Assembly (NCBI GenBank): GCA_012295275.1
Contig: CM022668.1
Coordinates: 15,004,001-15,068,000 of the forward strand
Reading direction: 5' to 3'
From: Chrysomallon squamiferum
Taxonomy: Eukaryota > Animalia > Mollusca
DNA length: 64,000 bases
Below the pieces are notes generated by a model, which saw only the letters and a list, made by a program, of their open reading frames with translations, ran no database searches and was not told the origin of the DNA. The stretch's first letter is position 1. The number at the start of each line of letters is the position of its first letter. Of the stretch, positions 58,872-64,000 are shown one piece after another. A program made the translations under genes and the position numbers.

Positions 58872-60200
58872 CTAGATGCGAAGATGGCGCCATTAGCAGA
58901 GGAGCGTCACCAACAAGGAGAGGAAAGTACGTGAAGAAAACAACTCATGCTTGTGAGAACGCATCAAAAACCCAGGGGCCGCATTCGCACACAGAACACT
59001 GGGATGGATGGCGTAACATTACCGCCTACATCACACTGTCAAGCGACGTCTTCTTCCACGTGGTAAACAACGTCCGTGGCGCCACCATAGTTAGCCCGAC
59101 CCCTCGGGCCCATGCCTCGCCCCGTCAGGCAGCCAGTGAGCGGGGAGGGAACGCCCAACGTGGACCATGCGTCGTCGAACAGAGAGAGAGAGAGCTTGTT
59201 GTGTGTTCGGTTAAGTTCGCTCCTCGTGCTCGCGCTGGTAGAAATCCGGGTTCTTTGTGGAGACGAGTAGTGTGTTAATGCTGTTGTGTGCGGTGTATAT
59301 GTGCGTGAAAGACCGTTGCTATGGCGACGGCGGTATCCCGATTTAGCCCGAACACAAAACACAAAACGCACGCACACCACACACACACACGAAAGAGAGA
59401 GAGAGAGACACACACACACACGACGGCGTAGATGAGCAGTAGGCAGGAACGCGCGGGAAAAAGTACACCACTTTTTGTTGTTGTTGTTCCAATGTGCGAG
59501 ACCCGCATGTGCCGCCTGGCGCAATAAAAATAATAATAATAGTAGTAAATTGCTTCCAGCGAACAGTCGGCGAAAAACCACGAGTCGGATGAGAAGCAGA
59601 AAGGTGGAGCCTGTTCCCGGATAAATAAACACAACAAGATTAATCTCGACCTTCGCTCTTGTTGTTTTTTTTTTTTTTACGAACGTTACTTCTTATTGCA
59701 CCATATTTTATAATTCACGATCTCACGTCATCTACGACGTAGCCTTTTCTACACTTTTTTTCTTTTTTTTTTTTTCAAAATACACCACTCGAACGGAATG
59801 ATATTGTCATGGCAACACCTCGATCTGATCTGACGATTCTTTTCAGCACAAGACTTCGGCAAGCTTCGGAAACACGGACAAGACAACCGGGAAGGGGGAC
59901 TGAAGACGTTATAAACTGCGTTCGAGAACAGCTGCTGTTTGGTGAAATCCGCTGTCTGAATGTCCGTCCGTACGCAGACCGGGAAGTTTTATGGTGTCGG
60001 CTGGGCAGGAACTTTTCGTGTTTCTGTGCAGGAACGTGTCATTGCAACACGCCAGAAAAAAAAAAAAAAAAAGAAGAAAAAAAAAAAAGATGTCGACAGA
60101 TTGCAAACGGCGTGAGCGATTCGGGTAATTCAGTGCATCAAAGAGCCATTATTGACACCAGATGTCGTTGCCATGTGCTTTCAGGTGCCGTGCCTGGCTA
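58872..60200 (-). promoter_or_regulatory. CpG/GC-rich island: candidate innexin promoter and 5' UTR exon
   Basis: One of the most GC- and CpG-dense non-coding stretches of the window. Its left edge coincides with a minus-strand donor CTAG|GTAATG at 58872/58871. It contains X-box matches (59315, 59803), a YY1-like AAGATGGCG (58881) and ETS-like CCGGAT and CGGAA words. Confidence 0.5.
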
Positions 60201-60514
60201 GGTTCCATAGCAGTGTATTATTGTTATGATATGTGTTTTTTTATATATATATTTTTTTATCGTTTAATATTTGTTCGTGTTATGGTGTGACTCAGATTAC
60301 TAAAGGCTTTAGGGAATAATAAATAACAAATGGAGGTGATAATAATAACTAACAGTGTGCTGTTGTAGTGGGGATGATTATGATGAAGATGATGATGACA
60401 ATGATGATGACTATTTTTATGATTAATTAATTAGCTAATTAATTAATTGCTGTTGTTGTTGTTGATGATGATTTTTTGATAATCTCTTTTATTTTTGTCT
60501 TTGTGTGTTTGTCT

Positions 60515-60718
<204 letters not shown>

Positions 60719-61387
60719 TTTCTTAAACTGCCGAAATTTTTTGTTTCTGCCCTTTCTACATTTCTTCAACTGCCGATAATTTTTGTTTTTACATCCAGCG
60801 GAATACCTTTCTTTAATTTTTCTTACATTTTTAATACTACTCTGTCTCTCTCTCTCTCTCTCTCTTTCTTTATCTCTCTCAGCATCAGACACACGTACTG
60901 AAACAAAACCCAAAAGCCAGCGCGCGCTGTATGAAGTAACCACTACAAGATGTTTAATACTGTAATCATTTTACACGTATTATTTCCTCCAGCAAAACAA
61001 ACTTTCGTGCTCGACGCGCGCTGGATTAAACTACGACAACAACAACTGACTTCTGTATTCGTGTTGTTTACTTCCAGTCGGCAACGTTGCAAAAAATTTG
61101 TGCTGGTGCTCTTTGTAACCCGGTGCCAGAATAACAAGGCAGATACGTTATCTTCGGATAACCTTTTTACGAGCATTCCCTAATGCCGCACGCATCCAGT
61201 TACTACTGCCCGAGCCCAGCGCCTCTGAAACAAACAGTAACGAGATCGTTATGGGACAGAGTAACAGAGAGACTCACAGACACTGGCTGATCTCGCATGT
61301 TGACAGGTGTTGCGGGCAAGGAGTAATAAAATCCACGCTTACGCCTGGTACAGATGTTTTACAACTAGTGCAGTTCTTTAACAACTG

Positions 61388-61424
<37 letters not shown>

Positions 61425-62354
61425 TTTTTTTTTTTTCAGGACGAAAGAACATACGCCAAGAACGCAACGGATCATTCATTAGACAGGTATGGTTTGGAGA
61501 AGATACTGAAACGTAAGAGTATGTCATCAAGATGGCTCACAAGTTATTACATTTCTTCTGACGGACAAACGTACAGACAGACACACACACATGACGTATC
61601 AAAGTATAAAAATGAGCTAATATTCAAAACAAGTTCCGTATTAAAATAAATATAATCTGACTGACAGTTTAGAAAAAAAGAAATTTTTTTTTTTTTTTTT
61701 TTATAGAAGAACGCAAATAGGAAGACACAACATATCAAATATAAAACAGGCTGAAATTAAAACATATGTAATATCAAAGTGTGCGCAATAACCGTGTATT
61801 TGATACGTTAAGATGGTATTACGAAAGTGTTTTGTTTTTGTGGAACTAAACAACATACGGGCTGTTCTTATAGGAAACCTATCAGGCATATTAACACATT
61901 AAGCAATGGTTTATAATTGCTGTAGTTCAACGGGGTTTTATTTTTAATGGTATGAAAGAGAAGAACTGCGGTATAGGACTGGATGTTAACAGAGAGGCTG
62001 AAATGCAAATCTGCGTCATGATAAACAGGTTGTTTGTAAGTAACGTGTATCAGAGAACAGTTTAATTTTTCACTGAATAATAAGCTGTTGATGGCTGCTA
62101 ATATTTGGACTGGTTAGTCCGATGGAAGATTATTTTGGTTCCAATTGTTAATATATCGTCGTTGTCGAGGTCGTTGCAGTAGTAGTAGTTGTTGTGGTTC
62201 TAGTTTAATTATCTGAAATTACTTTTTTAATCGTTATCGTTCTTTGCGGATTATTGTCAGTAATTGTTAATACTTCCTCATCGTCGTTGTCGTTGTCGTT
62301 TTTTTGTTGTGTAGTTTAATTACTGAAATTAGTATTATTATTATTATTATTATT

Positions 62355-62389
<35 letters not shown>

Positions 62390-62786
62390 TTTTCGTTCTC
62401 TGGGGATTATTATCAATAAAGGTTAAACTTTGAACTGTTGTTTTTGTTTTAATAAATTTAAATATTATATGATAATTAGTCCTTCTGTCTGTTTCCAACT
62501 TATCATTGTCGATGTTGTTGTTGATGCTTATTTTTTTTTTTTTTACTTTTCAACTCAAATTTTATATTTATCCAAACCCAGCAGCTTTTTACTCGTAACT
62601 AGAAATCAAATCATGAAATAAAAAAAAAGCCTCTATATCTTTAAATAAAATAAAATAAAAAAATAAAAAAATAAAAATCCGCCAATAAAACGCCAAAAAT
62701 ATGTCGAACCTTTCCCGAAACCTGATGAATTATGAAATATCACAGATGCGTTTATTTATGGCGTCGTGCTCTATTTTTAGTAACAC

Positions 62787-62803
62787 TAGCGCCACCTGTT
62801 GGC
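62787..62803 (-). promoter_or_regulatory. CTCF-like binding site
   Basis: Minus strand GCCAACAGGTGGCGCTA closely matches the CTCF core consensus CCASYAGRKGGCRS. Confidence 0.55.
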
Positions 62804-63151
62804 GCTGGCGTGAAGGCAAGATCACATAACTAACTGACAGGTGACTAGCATGTTCTTCCTGTCAGAGCTGAGATGAAATTAAGAAAAGGTTAAAGGTGGC
62901 GGGGAGGTTACGTAATCTCATATTTTACGCGGCTGACAAAAATCGTACGTATTTCTTTTTTTCAAAACTAGATTATTTTTATTTTTCTGTTTCAATCCAG
63001 TGAAAGAAATGAAATGTAACAGATAAAAGTGTCATATGCAGTTAGGAGAAATACACGCACAGAGAAATATACACATGCATACATATACGTACGTACGAGA
63101 TACAGAGATACATACATACATACATATATTCATACATACAGACATGCAGAG

Positions 63152-63190
<39 letters not shown>

Positions 63191-63196
63191 CAGAGA

Positions 63197-63262
<66 letters not shown>

Positions 63263-63774
63263 CAGAAAGAAATAACCAAAAAAATACCATACTGTGCCTC
63301 ATATGCACGCAGAAACACGAACACACGCACACACGCACACACGCATACAACTGTTTCTAACGGCGCACGAGTCCATGCTTCCACACGAATGAATAACCAT
63401 AAATTTATCTCGGACTGATTTATAACTGTATATTCAGCTCGTAAATTCGAACGGAAATTGCCGAAGATGCGACGTAATTGATTTCCACCCTAAACCGCGG
63501 CGGCACCGGAGTTCTCGCGCTTATTGTGTTTGTGCGATCGACAACGCGTTTCTGGCTGAACAGATCGGCGATGTTGCCAGTATTGGCAGCAATCAATGCA
63601 CAGCTGTGCTATCACCGATTGATCTAAGCTTTGTCACTGTCGAGCGAAAACTGTGTTTAAAGGGTTTGAGGTTTTTTTCACGATTCTATTGTGCTAGCTG
63701 TCGCTTACACGGGCAACCTGTTAATAGGATAACACACGAATCTGATAGTGTGTAATATGAGGAAGATAGGAAAC

Positions 63775-63912
<138 letters not shown>

Positions 63913-64000
63913 TGACAGAGAGAGATCAGAAAGAAATAAACGATCGAAAGAGAATGAAGGAAAATAAAAAAATAATAGGACCGGATATGAAGCAGTGACA

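Noticed and set aside
58823-60201. 130-197-aa ORFs on both strands of the GC-rich island
   Set aside because: Long frames are expected from high GC. They cross simple repeats and lack any recognisable domain.

Overview
This is AT-rich, microsatellite-saturated animal genomic DNA. The innexin sequence and repeat landscape suggest a mollusc, possibly a cephalopod; this is an inference. The only well-supported protein-coding gene is a minus-strand innexin (gap-junction/hemichannel protein): join(39266..39410, 36860..37929), 404 aa, with one phase-1 GT-AG intron. A strong splice acceptor 1 nt before its ATG implies at least one upstream exon. Candidate donors lie at 48444, 53686, 57418 and 58872, the last inside a CpG-rich promoter-like island at about 58.9-60.2 kb. 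The first 36 kb has no credible coding sequence, and nearly all ORF-track entries are translations of simple repeats. Non-coding signals are a decayed tRNA-headed SINE, several short degenerate tandem arrays, about 18 perfect CRE palindromes (TGACGTCA), about 7 full RFX X-box matches, YY1/NF-Y clusters and a strong CTCF-like site. The best hypotheses for follow-up are a 74-codon in-frame extension after the innexin UAG stop, a competing-stem hairpin just inside the coding intron, and alternative N-terminal exons. None of these amounts to a demonstrated new system, and all coordinates were read by hand.
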